From NCBI GenBank assembly GCA_024704765.1, contig JAKMXF010000299.1:744001-808000 (forward strand): a stretch of 64,000 nucleotides of DNA. Reading direction: 5' to 3'. The translations under genes were made by a program, and so were the position numbers. Each line of letters opens with the position of its first letter. Within the stretch, counting starts at the first letter, position 1. Positions 37,974 through 52,483 of this stretch are shown piece after piece. The notes beneath the pieces were generated by a model, which was not told where the DNA came from, did no database searches, and worked only from the letters and a program-made list of their open reading frames with translations. The stretch comes from Oopsacas minuta (Eukaryota; Animalia; Porifera).

Positions 37974-40900
37974 CAATTCATTTCACAAGATGTCATAAGG
38001 ACAAGTTGTATCTCGGCAAGTTATAGTTACTGCCCTCACATTGAGCAACATTTTCTTTAGCTATAGAAGCTAAATCTTGATATACATCGGTATCAGTTAA
38101 AGCTGATGCCCAGGTTGTGAACCTTTCATTATCGACAAGCTCATTCAAACACTGGTGGTTATTAGCTGAGCTCCAAGCTGGTTTTATCACTTACGTATAA
38201 TTGGTGATTGAGAAACTAATGATTCTTTAACTGTTCCTAGAGCCTCCTTAGTGAACAGAAATAATTTAGTATCGAAAAAAATGTCTGATAAATTGACACT
38301 AATAGATAGATTTGTTGTTACAAGGAATGAATGGCCGGAAACCGATAAGGGAGATTCCTGGATAATTGAATATAAATTTCCCTCTACAAGGAGCTGAGTA
38401 GATAAATCAGAACGTACTAAAGTCGATGCTTATGAATTCAAAGCAACGGATTGGATATCTTTCACATTTCTCAGCCATGAATTTTACAATTTGTCCCTGT
38501 TCCCCTGAAGATTGTTACCGTAGACTAGTTACTTAACCCATATACGTATATTTTGGATTCCTACAGGAAGAAGCACCAAGAGTGCCTGGGAGAAGTTCTT
38601 TGGTAATACCAATGGATTTTAGAGTGAGATAAACTGCTGTAACTCCACTGGCAAAGACAAATCTAAAATAGGGGTTTGGTGGCACAAGCCCATCATACAC
38701 GATGAAAAAAAGTTGCATAGTTGAATAGTGTGGGTCACAAAATAAACTAATATAGATTGGTCTTTACTTCTGTTCTACCCTACAATTCAGAAATTCTTGT
38801 TTACCCTGCGAGTCTAACAAACATGTCTTCATTTCAATGTACGTAATATCACAAATTTGTATAGAACATTTTGAATTTTGTTGAGCCCACCATGCACGAT
38901 GCAACTTTGTTGCATGGAAATTTCAAATTGAAATGAATTTATTTTGGAATTGATATAAGTTGAAATTCAAATATACGAATAGAGAAGCATTATGTGATTG
39001 GTCTAAAAATGACTTTATTATATAGGAATAATTATTGTTTAGAACTGTGGACTGAGAAACGATTGTAGATACAGTTGTCTGGTTTATTGTAGCAAGAAAA
39101 CAAGTCGTAAATCAGTTGGTTTTTCAAAATGTAATATTTCGAAAAGAAAATTTTTTAAAAGAAATTTAAAAGCATAATTTAACAACCCTCAATAGTATTC
39201 AGAAAAATTATATCAAAAGAATAATGAGAAGCCGTATAATAACACATTAGAGTTGACACGTTTGGAAAAATGTTGAAAACCATCACACATTTGAGATTTC
39301 TGATGACATTTTTCGTAATCCAACAACGCTATACTTTCGAATAACAGCAAGTTTTCTCTAGCAATACGGAAAGTTGGCCAAATACACGATTGAAGTGAAC
39401 ACGTTTGTTTGATTCGAATTGGCTGCTAACTTTTTCTCCGTATGCGCCTGAAGGTGTACTAACATTGAATATTTTCCGTATAGTAACAAGGATTCTAACC
39501 ATCGTAGAGGTATTATTACGATATCCTTCACAACATTTTCATTTTGAATCTCAAGAGCGGATAATGTTAGAGCATTAAAAACCTTTAGAACCAATCTGAC
39601 ATTCTGTCTTTCTATGCTAGAAGGAAAACAAGCTTTCAATGTTAATTGAGGAGCCAATTTCGCTAGACTTCCTCTTTCAGAGCTGGATAGTATGCGTAAA
39701 TCTTGAAAAGAAGCTGAATTGAGACAATGGGGTACAGGCATTTATCAATCTCAAAATCTTCAAACTTGGGGAAATAAATTCTTCTGATTCGACCAATTAT
39801 TACGTATACTGTTTAAAATATGACTAAATCAAATGTGAGAAAGACAAATCTGGTAGGATCAAATGGGTGAGGCACCCTAGTTTCAAATTTGCCACTCAGA
39901 GAAAATAGTCCGAAATATTTACATTCAAAGGATAGTTGTCAGTTGAAATTACCCGTATACGTAAACCACAATTCTCAATATCAATGATACACTCTTTGAT
40001 GATGGGAAATATCTTACAGCGGAAATAGACATGCTAGTAAACTTGAAATACTAAACCATTTCTATATATCATTATCGCGAACACAGTTACGGTTGGCGCC
40101 TCTTGGTCCCAATTATGAGCTAAGTATTTCATCCTTTTATAAGTAATATAAGATTTAACGTATATTTCATCCATTTGAACTATAACATTTCTCTCCAGTG
40201 AACTGAAGCAAGAAGTAGCTTGGGTGAGATATGTAGAGAAATTATTTTCAATGCCAAACGAAGAATACAATATATTTAACGTCTGAACATGCGGTAGAGA
40301 AAGATACTCTCCTGGAGATATACATAACATGCTGGAGAGATGAGATGAGTCATAATTGACATGACTTGAGTAATGATATTGTACCATCGCCTGTTCTTTG
40401 GAATAAATATATTATCTAATTCACAGAGGATAAATTGCAGCTTAGCTATAACTGAGGAAGAATAGTTCTCACTATCCTCTATGCTAGTTAAATCAACAAC
40501 CTTCTCTTTGGCACAAGGAATAAGAAATGTATGTGATTTAGTATAATGACCATCAAATACAGAGGAAATTGATGTAATAATGACTACCAAATGACTCCCA
40601 AAGTATTTACATTTTAGGCTATTTCTATATATATGTGCCTAAATTATGTAATTATATATCTATTGGATGTTTTGGCCTGTACTCGAATTTATTCACACAA
40701 CTAAAAATCTTAGAAATTTACACCACTCAATCAAACAGTTTCGTACCCAAGTGTAACAAATTTCAGCGGTTTGTGCAAATATACAATAAACGATTCCAAA
40801 GATTCATTACTTTGAGAGAATAATATGGAGCATAAACTAGAATTTTCTGCTCGATTATAGATACGTCGTTTTTCGTCAACCGTTAGTAGTGTTCTTAAAT

Positions 40901-41926
40901 ACTTGTTCAAGCGTAATTCTATATACAAAAAGGTTTCATTGATCGTGTGTCGTACATGTCTATGCTACATTCTTGGGCTTTTCGGATTGCTATATATAAT
41001 ATTACTAATATTTTCAAGGTTGTGGCAGGGTACGTGTATATTTCCCGAAATTGACGAATACATGCCACAATGAATACTAAACCTGGCCCAATATGGTGAT
41101 GTAAGTTTTAACTTCCAGGAACAATAATAAGGTGTGAATTATGACGTCAAAATGATGTGAAAGGGCCAAAAAATTAGTTTTCAGTATAAAACTGGGAATT
41201 TATTGAATGTGAACTTGGTGAAATTCGTAAGACATTTGCACATTAAGTAATGAAAGCATAGTGTCTGAGGAGTATATCCTGAAATTGTAAAAAATTAGAG
41301 AAAAAATAACATGGTGTTGATGACGCTGCATGTGTAAAATACGTGAGATGAATGAAAGTTTTGGAAAATATTGTCAAAGAAGATAATTCTTCAGCTAATT
41401 ACATAAGTTGATATTTGTTTTTGAAAAAATTCCAAATTTACTCCAAATTTTCCAGATCTACAAGTATTACAACATCGTTAGCTTTCAGATCCTCTAAATT
41501 TCTGATGATAAATTGGTGTTTGGTCTCAATCTCAGATTTAGGACTAAGCAGAATGGTTTGATTCAACATTTCTTTCTCTCTTGATTCATAAGACAAAAGA
41601 ATGCGTTTGCTTGTCGATGTTGATGAATAATATGAGGTACAACCAGGGAGTAAACAGTGAGCTGCTTTTTCACCTTAAGTTTATCGCGAGGTACACTAGT
41701 GAAAGTACCTTATCTATTGGGAACCTTATGAAATACTCAACACCTTATTCACGGAAATACTTAATACATATATTAACATACTTGAGACGATCAATATCTT
41801 CACGGTGAAGAGCGGGTATCCAGGCCTGTTTAAGTTCACGTGGATACTCTGGCATTCTAAATATGTAGTACTCTGTCATCTGGGTAATAATTTCTTGTGC
41901 AACCAGGGGCAGAACAGGTACGGCAT
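37974..41926 (-). pseudogene. Decayed THAP-domain / P-element-like transposase
   Basis: THAP remnant from ATG 41926 (CSAPGC...FRMP...KQAWIPAL.R...ICIKYF); RRWYN...ISPACYVYL; LPHVQTL...ERNVIVQMDEIYVK; LNSASFQDL...LAP.LT.KACFPSSIERQNVRLVLKVFN; heavily interrupted. No TIRs located. Confidence 0.75.
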
Positions 41927-42055
41927 CGGAGAGATACAACATACAAGCTAATAGTGAAAGAAGCATAAATGACTCATAAAATGAAAATAGGAATGCGATG
42001 AACTATCATTACTAGTAACTAGAGTATGTCAGTGAAAAAATTATTTTTGTATATA

Positions 42056-42518
42056 CAGTGGAACCCCACTTAACGGCCACCCCAGAATAGCTGCCACCTC
42101 GATATACCGGCCACTGTTTAAAGTCCCGTTTAATATACTATAGACATTAACATTAATTTATTTCAGAATTCCGGCTACTCCGCTATTCCGAATTACGGCC
42201 ATACTTTTAGAACGAAACCCTATTTTAACCTCAGAATTATGGCCAATCTTAACAATAGGAATCACTATTGGATGTTTGAAAAAGAAAACAATTTCTGGAC
42301 AATTAAATAACAATACATTGGATAGTATACATATAAATGCAAAGCAGATTAATGAGACAGTAATTCATACTTTATTAATGGCATCGAGCAACGCAATGAG
42401 CTGGATCTCAAATTATAGTATGGTAAATATTAATAGAATATGGTTTATTTCAAAAAGTTTCACAATTACGGCCATTTTTCTCGGTCCCGTGGGTGACCGT
42501 ATTTCTGGGGTTCCACTG
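42056..42518. mobile_element. Tigger-type MITE
   Basis: TA-flanked TIRs cagtggaacccca / tggggttccactg with acggcca subterminal repeats. Confidence 0.75.
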
Positions 42519-42711
42519 TATATCAATTATGTTGAAGTTAAACTTGGTTGATATAATCAGCTGATGAATTATCCTGGTACAAAAAACTTAAGTTACTATT
42601 AGCACACATCCTAAGTGACCAGCATTAATTACAATAACTTGTATTACGAAATTTTAAAAATTCGAATTCTTCTTATAAATAATGCTAATTATCCACTCAA
42701 TGTTATGTTAG

Positions 42712-45539
42712 TGTAGGAACCTAGATGCTGGTAAACATAGATCAGTAGATTTGTTGTGTTTGATATTTAGTAACCTTAGAACATTTAGTTACTAATAGAT
42801 ATATTCTATTAGTTTTAGATAGGCATTCAATAAAATTTGTATAAAGATAGAAATATGGTCGGGAAACATGGTATCCTGAATGAATTTGAGGCCAGTAAAG
42901 AGGACTGGACTTCATATACAGAACGCTTACAACATTACTTTGCAACTAATGAAGTTGACTCTGTTGAAAAGCAGCGGGCAATATTCCTGAGTATATGTGG
43001 GGCACAAACCTGTGGGCTTTTGAAGAACTTACTAGCACCTGAGAAGCCAACGGAAAGGAGCTTTTCAGAACTGGAGGAGTTGATGAGGAATCACATACCA
43101 CCAAGCCTATCGGGAATGTTGAAAGATTTATATTTTACTCGAAAAATCGCAAAGAAGGGGAATCAGTTTCTGAACACGTTGCTGAGTTGAATAAATTGTC
43201 GGAGCACTGTGGTTTCGGGGATGCTGTCAATGATATACTACGGGATAGACTTGTGTTCGGACTAAATGACGTGGGGATACAACGTCGGTTGCTGTCTGAA
43301 GAAGAGTTGACATATAAATAGTCATTAGAACTGGCACAAGGGATTGAAGCCGCTGAGCGTAATTTGCAAGAATTACAGTTTTCAAAAACTGTCTGATGAC
43401 AAAGTGTTCAATGTTAAGTGGGCCGCACAGAAAACGCAAAACTGTAAATGCAATCGTTGTGGGGAGGACCACATTGCGACTGACTGCCGATTCAAAGGAG
43501 CGTCTTGTCACAACTTCGGGAAGCAGGGTCACATCGCCCGAGCTTGGAAGAGCAAATCGAAGCGGCTTTCACCTAAGTATACTCAACCAAAAGACACACA
43601 TCAAATGCAGAGCGAGGAAAAACAATCAAAGTCGAAGGATAATCAGGATTCCGGAGAATACTCTCTTTTTAATGTTCAGGAAAAGGACAATTTTCCTAGC
43701 AGGTCCCTGTGTCGATCAATGGGGCGGAATTGACCATGGAAGTGGACACCGGTGCTACTTTATCAATTATCAGTTACGGAACATACCAACGGTTATAGAG
43801 CAAAGAAACCGATCCAAGAGTAGAACCATCCAAGGCTCGCCATAGGACATAACTGGAGAAGTTAATGAGGTACTGTAAGGTTCAGGTTGAGATGATTTTT
43901 GGCAGCCAACGAGTGCTTGTCGTGTGATAGTCGTCCAAAGAAATGGTCCTGAGCCTTCTCGGGCGGAATTGGTTGAAGAACTAGACTGGTCCTAACTTTA
44001 CCAAATTCGTACTTCAAGAAATGTCACTGACGTTTTAGACCACTATAAATCGTTATTTTCAGATAAGCTTGGGAGAGTAGAAAGTATTGTTGCGAGGAAT
44101 GTATAGACTCAAGTGCTAAGCCAAGATTCTTCCGTGCTAGGGCGGTACCTTTTTGCGTTATGAGGAAAGGTTGAGGAGGAACAAAACCCCTAGAGAGCCA
44201 AGGTATCATCGAAACTGTTCGCTTTGCTAATTAAGCAGCCCCAATAGTACCTACTGTCAAACCTGACAGTTCAGTTCGCTTATGCGGTGACTACAAAGTA
44301 ACAGTTAATCGGGCAGCAAGAGTTGATACCTACCCCCTGCCGCGCATTGATGACTTGCTTAACTTCCCTGTCTGGTTGCCAGTCATTCACTAAGTTAGAC
44401 CTAGCACATGCTTACCTACAGATTCCGTTGGAAGAACAATCTAAGATATAGACCACAGTTAACACTCATAAAGGGTTGTTCCAATATACTCATCTACCTT
44501 TTGGTCTATCAAGAGCAGCTGCTATTTTCAGAAGGCGAGAATTACTACGGGAAGTTTCTGCCAAACCTTTCAACCTTGTTGGCGCCATTGCACAAGTTAC
44601 TTAACAAACAATCTTCGTGGAGTTGGAAAGAGGAATAAAGGGAAGCTTTCATAAAGGCTAAAGAATTGCTGATTTCTCCTAAACTACTTGTACATTTTGA
44701 TCCCAAGAGGGATCTAGTGGTGACTTGTGATGCGTCACCTAACGGGATTGGAGCAGTACTATCTCATATTTGGGAGGACGGTAGTGAGAAACCCATTTAC
44801 TATGCATCTCGTTCACTAGCAGCTGCTGAAAAAGAATTACTCTCAACTGGATAAGGAAGGATTGGCAATTTTATTTGTAGTCAAGAAATTCCATCAATAT
44901 TTATATGGTCGGGTATTACAATAAAATCAGATCATAAGCCCGTTCAGTATATTTTGGACATGAACATCCTGTTCCTTCGATGGCATCAGCTAGGATACAA
45001 AAGTGGGCCCTCACCTTAGCGGCATACAATTATAGAGTAATGTACAAACCAGGACCAGAGATAGGTCATGCAGACGGATTGAGCCGTCTTCCGCTTCCGG
45101 ACGCTTCACCAACAACAGCCCCCCCCATACTAGGCGAGATTATCCATTCTAGTTAAAGGCCACCCAACCATCACAAATCTTTGAATACGCGACATTATCG
45201 GATGCGTTTTGCCCATTTGGCAATCTGCTAAGCGTTTAGTTGTGATCGGTCCATACTCTCGTTTGAGATCAATGCCCCAGAGAACATCGAACACAGGTTT
45301 GCACCTGCGCTACGGCGATCTGCAAGGATTAGACGCCCGCCTGATAGGTACGAACCAGAAATTTAGTTGCGGTTACTGACTTCGATTAATGGAAAGGGGT
45401 GTAGTAACCTAGATACTTATAAACATAGATCAGTAGTTTGTTGTGTTTTGGTATTTAGTAATCTTAGAAACGTTTAGTTACTAATATATTTATTCTATTA
45501 GTTTTAGATAGGCATTCATTAAAACTGTAACTTCCAGCA
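42712..45539 (+). mobile_element. Degenerate Ty3/Gypsy LTR retrotransposon with internal deletions
   Basis: Direct repeats starting TGTAG at 42712 and 45400 (~130 bp, diverged); polypurine tract ggaaagggg before the 3' LTR; gag (EDWTSYTERLQHYF, CNRC/CHNF knuckles), protease EVDTGA, RT (APIVPTVKPDSSVRLCGDYK, KLDLAHAY), RNase H (CDASPNGIGAVL, YASRSL); YxDD region and most of integrase missing; 3' end and TSD uncertain. Confidence 0.9.
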
Positions 45540-48500
45540 TATTTGCGTACTTTCACTTTATATCAGTTAGGGGAATAATTTATAGAAACTATTTTCATTG
45601 GAATCTCCAAACTACATACTTAATTTGATATAGTACATAAGAACAGATTTTCAAATATTTTATAGTAGGTTCAATTTTAGAAAAATCGTTCTAATCATCA
45701 ATATATTAATCGAACCAAATTTCTACCGTCGAATACCAAAAGAAGATTGGACAGTTGGGATAATATCATTCAGCAATGTATAATTAAATAATAAATTATA
45801 TTCTTTGAATGGATGTCGTAATACATATATAATTACCCGCAGTTAGAACACTGTTTTATGACCTCATTTGATTATCCGAGCAAAATTTAAATAGTCGGCT
45901 AACCTAAATTAGCTTATGTATATCTGATGACATGAAAAGACAGTTCAATTCTCCCTATGAAAATAGTGCATACTAATATCTACAAACTTTCCTAGGGTGA
46001 GAGAAATTTACTTTTGAAACAAACCCAACAACTAAAAGTTGACAATGGAATTAGATATAAAAACTGTTGCATATCGAAGCGGGTCCTACAATTGGAATTT
46101 TTAGATTATATAACTTTAACGTAAACCAGATGAATTTTCTAATTGGTCAAAGAAAAAGTAATAACATTCACACCTAAGAATGTGAATTTTATTAATTTTC
46201 CTGACCACAAATTATATCTGAAAAAATGGGAACTTTCATCATACTTTGACAATTTAAATTATGTACTTTTAGGGTCTTGTTCGACTCAATATTTTGCATA
46301 AATATTATTCAGGCAATTATAAACAAAAGAAATTAATCTTTATGAAGCAATGAATTTTTACACTTATAAGTGCCCAAACCTGTGTGCATAGTCAATCGGA
46401 AATTTCTAAACTAAATGTGTCTTAAACAGTTTAGAATATATTTCAAGACTCGAAGTTAATTGACTGTAGAAAGGTGATGTTAGAAATTATATAGGCTACG
46501 CTCTAGATCCGACTTGAGACTTAATGCTCGACAACGACCCCAGCCGATTGTTATCCCCAAAGCCCCAACCAGAGATAAAATGATCCACCCTAGTGCATGC
46601 TTCCTGATAAACCCGGGAGAAAGGCTTGCTCCGATCATGCCGAATTTGCCTCTTTCTTTGCACACCCTAGATGAAAAATCCTGCTACATCCCTTCCCAGA
46701 AAATGGCCCCCAAATAATGCAATTGCAGGGTACCCCAAAATTCTCCAGCTGACCCTGAAATTTTGTGAATGAATAGAATACGTAACAATATCTTTAGCTA
46801 TTTCGATTGTCAAGAAATAGGTAAAGATATTGATAAGTAAATTTAGTTCAAAAAGAGAGGAAAGATATACATAGGCTCCTTTTGCCGTGATTTGAGATAT
46901 ATGTATTTGTAGATATTATATACGTATATAATTATATAATTTGTTAATATTGACAACCCACGAGTTTGAAAAAGTTTTCAAACATGAGGGAATTTTGAAA
47001 ATTTTCCAGGCAGAAATTCCAGCCTAATCTATTGTATTAAGTTAAAATTAGTTATGAAACGATCTACTTTTTCACAAGCCATCAATTCCAATTATGCTTA
47101 GCAAAATAAGCTATTAGGGTCAATGAATGCCAATTGTCAAATCGCCCAATTTGGAATAAAATCCCCTGGTAGCTATTCCAGTTTTGACTGTAATTTCATC
47201 AAACCACTTCCTCATTGAATTAAGGATATCTTTCAGGATATTAATGATTCTCTCGTCACGTTTCCTAAATACACCCCTCGAAATTTCCCGTTATTCCATC
47301 ATATTTTACCTATCATATTTTGAAAATTATGTGTGGTTCATATTTTTGTATTCCGGAATGATGTGAGGCTAAAAAGTGGCATACTGGGTATTTGCTACCC
47401 TAGCTTTTCGAATTTCTCTGAAAATCAGTGTAACATTCTTCATTTACAAACAATGGATGGCTCATAAGTCAATTTTCGCCAAAAAGTTAAATTTTCCAAT
47501 TTTGACAGCCCCCTAGCGTTAAGGTTATTGATTTATATAGACCTAACTGGTTGTGTACTATCTATGTTCAGGTGTATCATCACAATTAATTTTAGCAATA
47601 TTCAGTACAGGACACAGATGAAATGGGTGTACAAGTGAGTGTTCTGTCAAAAACACGACAATACTCCATCTTTGGATTAATGGATGACCATGTGGGCAAT
47701 TGTCTAATTATTTAAAACTTGTATCAACGAAACATATACAACAGATCTATGAATGTACCAAATTTAAATTTGTATCTCAACAAGTTCATTGTCTTTGGCC
47801 ATGGCCTTTGAGCCATTTTAAACTTTTATACATTATTCTCTGTGATAGTATGTGGTTATAATAAATTCGGAGTGGGATCAGGTCGAAAATATAGGCATGT
47901 CGCGATCATATGACCTCTAGGTTATACCATAGCCTACTATACAGTAAGCTAAATAGCAATTTGTAGATTTTGGGCTAGGGATAGGTTAGCCGATATAGCA
48001 ACTGAGAAGTTATTCTTAAATTGTAGAAACCGCGTATTTTTGGCAGAATAAATGTGTGGCATATTTGTAGGGCAACAAATTATCAATCATTATATACTTG
48101 GATATTTCAGAAATGTGTCAAAATAAGTGTCTAGTAAGTATTTATTTAGTAAAATATGTTATTTTTTGGTTCCCTTATTGAGCATAAACTATTGCGTCTT
48201 TCATTTCACAGATAATATCTGAATGATCCATAGACTTTACACAAAATGGTATAACTTTGTAATACAAACCTCGTTTTTGTTTTACAGTAGATACCAGGGA
48301 TGACACATTTTATGAATATCCAATTATAACTCTATAATCGTTAACATTAAAGGATAGCCAATTTGTAATAAATAACCGACTTCACATGCACTGTTAATAT
48401 ATTTTGATGTGTAAATCTTAATCTTACCAATGGGAGATATTATTGAATATGCTTATTTCATTATTATATGGTAATTTTTCAATCTGAAGCAATTATCTTC

Positions 48501-48988
48501 AAAGATATTTCTATCATTCATATTGGGGGATCTTTTTGATCAGAACAATCCCTCAATAGTCCATATGATAGGGCAAGAGTCCCCAAAGTGTAACTCGCGA
48601 GTCAGATGTGACTCGTTGAGTACCTACCTTTTTACTCTTTAACCGAGATAATTCATTATTTAGAAATTATGATTACTTAAGAGGGTCAAAATTGATTAGG
48701 CGGTGGACCACACAAAGTAGTTACGGTACTGTCTAGAGCAGAGTGTAATTCCTTAATCGTAGAGCATATGTATTTTATATTGAGGACAAGAATTATTTAA
48801 ATAATCGTATAGTGGTCAAGTTTTTTTCTGAAGGATCTCTTTCAACTCATCATACAGTGGGTGCTTATAGTAGTAATTTATCTTGCAGCGAGCGCAGAAA
48901 TATGGGAAGAATGTTAGATAATTATTCGGAGAGCAAAATATTCAAAAAGCAACTAAATGGATTATTATGAATATTTTATGTTTATGTA

Positions 48989-50300
48989 CAGGGTGTCTAA
49001 TAAGTTCTGTTATACAATTTCGCGCCTTAGACAGTAGCTCTTAATATACTTATAAAGTAATCTTCTAGATTTTCTTGTACCATTTTTGGCGCTCTTTCAA
49101 ATTATACCAAGTATATATCATTCAAGTTGATGATTTACCAGAAAATCATGTTAGAAGAAATTCGTCCAAAAATTGTCACTTTTCATGAATCTGGGTTTAG
49201 CAACAGTGAAATTCTAAAAAGGCTAAAAAATGATAAAGTCAATCCCATGCTGATCTATCGCACAATAAAACGCTATATAGAGACTGGGAGTGTGTCTGAC
49301 AGGAAACGAGTTGGTCGTCCAAGATCCGCTCGCACACCAGCCCTGAAGAATAGTGTTAGATGTCGAATCCTGAGAAATCCCCGGCGTTCAATGCGAAAAA
49401 TGTCTCGTGAATTCTGTGTCAATCACAAAATGATGCGGAAATTGGTTGTAGAGGACCTAGGAATGAAGTCCTATAAGCGGAAAAACGTACACCATCTTAA
49501 TGACTCCATACGTCGTAAGCGACTCGAAAGATGCATACAACTAAAAGCCCGATTCGCTCCTGGGACTGAAGATCAGATTTTCTTCTCAGATGAGAAGCTG
49601 TTCACGGTTGAGGAGGCAAGCAATCGTCAAAACGACCGTATACTTGCTTCTCGAAGTCAGGATATCCCAGATAGCATCAAGTACATTGATAGAGTCTAGA
49701 AGCCTCTTTCTCTGATGGTATGGGCGGGTGTGTCGGCAGACTCACGGACAAACCTGATTTTTGTCCCCCAAGGAGTGAAAATAAACTCCCAGACGTACAG
49801 AGAGCTGGTCTTGGAGCCTGATATTGCGTCTGCTGGTGAGAAGCTCTTTCAAAACCATCCTTAGACTTACCAACAAGACTCTGCGCCTGCACATGCTTCA
49901 AAAGTATCCCAGGGTTGGTTCCGAGAGCAAAATATCGATTTCATAAGTAAGGATGAATGGCCACCATCAAGCCCAGATTTAAACCTACTCGACTATTCTG
50001 TTTGAGCAAACTTGGAGAGCAGGGCCTGTGCGAAATCTCACAAGAGTTTGGAGTCCCTCAAAGTTAGTTTGTTGAGTGAATGGCAGAAAATCCCACAGGA
50101 GGAGCTGCGAAAAGCTGTCCATCAGTTTCGGAGCAGACTAACTTCCGTAATTCATAAAAAGGGAGGCTATATTGAATGATATTTGTAATGTGTAATTAGG
50201 AACATAAGTCCTAAGAAAATAGAAGGTTTCATGGCTTTACAATGGATACATTTGAAATCTTTGGGGAATTGATATATAACAGAACTTATTAGACACCCTG
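48989..50300 (+). mobile_element. Tc1/mariner DD37D (maT) element with nonsense mutations
   Basis: 26-bp perfect TIR cagggtgtctaataagttctgttata; transposase from ~49148 to ~50179 (FSDEK, QQDSAPAH, WPPSSPDLNLLD; 37 residues between D2 and D3); in-frame stops. Confidence 0.9.
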
Positions 50301-51894
50301 GACTGGTTCCTGGATCCCCTATGCCTATTACAAGTAGTATGTGTAGTACATATATACACGTATATTCAGGTGTTTAGACAATAGTAATAATCATACAGGG
50401 CAATATATGTTTCTGACTATGTAATATTCTCAGACACGAAGAGGGAATTTTCATACAGCATAAATTGGAATCATTCATTGCAGAATTTATACTGATATTT
50501 GTAAATTGCTTTAGTGATAAATGATAAAATGGCTATGAATACTATCTCTAAATTTATCTCTTTGGGCCATCTTGAGAAAGAAATTCTATAGTAAGAGAGT
50601 GCTATACTATAATATTAATCATCTGTGATATTACACAACAAGTAATGTATATTAATTCTTCTTATGTGTAGTTTAACTACATCGAAGTCCCTAAATTTAA
50701 GTATTTGTTGAAAAAATTTGTAATGAAAACTATAGCAAGTATGACAATATGACTTCTATACGTACTAATGATATTAGCAAGTGTTGTATAGTCTTACAGG
50801 TATAGTCTATGCAATAATTATAGTGGAGCAATTGAGGAAATTAAGAAACAACAAATAAACATAAATATAAAAATCCTAGAAATTTTTTAAGGAAATTGAA
50901 TTATAAGTTACGAAAGAAGGTATCCATAAATATTGAAGGGGTTCTGAAGAGAAACAACTTCAAGAAATGATGTCAAAGTTAGAATTCGTATTATACAAAA
51001 CACCTGAGAATTTATCGATTTTGCTGGCCTTGCTGTTGATAATTTTTAGCGTTTCACAAAAGTATTGATATTGTTAGAAACGTCTATATCTCAACTATCG
51101 AGTAGCATAAAAATAATTGAAATTCAGTCGGATTTATGGTAAGAAACATGAGTTTGAACTGACCCAACTTTATGTAGAATATGATTCATTCGCTACCACT
51201 CTCACTCCCGGCTTAAAATTTGAATTCCCATAGCTCCGCGAGTTGTTAATATTTTTTAATGAAATTTAATATTCATAAATGTCCATATCACTAAAGTATG
51301 CATCTATAATTTCAGAATCGAATTCTGACTCTTAGGTGAGTAAATTCAAGGTAGTCAAAATTTTTAACCAAACCTAAAAGAAAAGACCAAACGTAGCAAT
51401 ATAAAACCTCCGATTTAAACATTTCAAAGGCATTTGAAAGTATTAAATCGAATAATAAACCATTATAAATTCCTCAAAAGCAGTTAGCAAATACAGAAAT
51501 AAATGTACCAGTTAAGTTTGTGTGAACAGGATAATGACGCAGAGGAAGTTCAAAATGTTAGCTTACCAGGTAAGGAAGTATAAATAATTTCCAATTTAGA
51601 CCTTATAGAGTTGTGTAACATAGATTATAAACCACGATCAGTAAATAATTACAAAAATGTAAATGATTATAGGATCAAAACGAATATGCGTAACATACCC
51701 CAATGAAAAAGGTCTTATTTCAATATGTATTGTTATTCGGATCATGGATACTGAAGGGGATTAATAGGTCCACAAGTACATCTAATGAGGGTCAGAATAT
51801 CAGAATCGGAGAATCTGTGTTTTCATATGGTTAGTTATAGAATGTTTAATATATCTTCAAGTGTTGGGTGGCTAGAATTACAGTTCTTAATTAA

Positions 51895-52483
51895 ATCTAT
51901 ATTAATAAATATCAGTTGTTGTTTGTTTGTCCGTTGGCAAGGAATGGACTTCCGGTATGCAATTCTGAAATTGTCGCATAACAATGTATTTATTGTTTTT
52001 ATCAAGGAAGTAAATAGAATTCAGTAAAACTTCACTAAATATCCGATTTTCACATTTTTGAATTAATCATATGTAGATTTATTATTGTTTTTATGACTAT
52101 AAAGTAAACAAGTTTCAAAATTGAGGTAGAATAATTCTTTCAACGACTATACTAGGGTAATCGAGTATGTTGAGGCTGAATATGGCATTGTTTGTTTGTT
52201 TGTTTGTCCGTTGATATGTATATTTATTGTTGTATTTACGAATATAAAGTAAACAAATTAGCAAAATCTCAAAATTTACATAGATACTTGCCCTCAACGA
52301 CTACAAAGGGGGATTAATCCTACAAAATAATTCAATAACGTAAATACCATATACATATATTTGTGAATTACATTGTTCTATATATATATATAATACTCAA
52401 AGTGGCCGTCAATTTGGAGAATAATGAATACCTCGAGCCACAATGCGCAGAGTTCATCACGAAGCGACGGACCAAATGCTAGT
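51895..52483 (-). mobile_element. Helitron-like non-autonomous repeat, copy 5
   Basis: Reverse complement begins actagcatttggtccgtcgcttcgtgatgaa and ends acggacaaacaaac...atagat. Confidence 0.6.

Noticed and set aside
46480-46757. GC-richer ORFs 46514-46717 and 46480-46665
   Set aside because: No recognisable domain; the segment ends in a hAT-like terminus (gaccctg) and is probably a TE end.
50800-51600. Purine-rich stretch that looks like decayed coding sequence
   Set aside because: Multiple stops in all frames and no identifiable motif.
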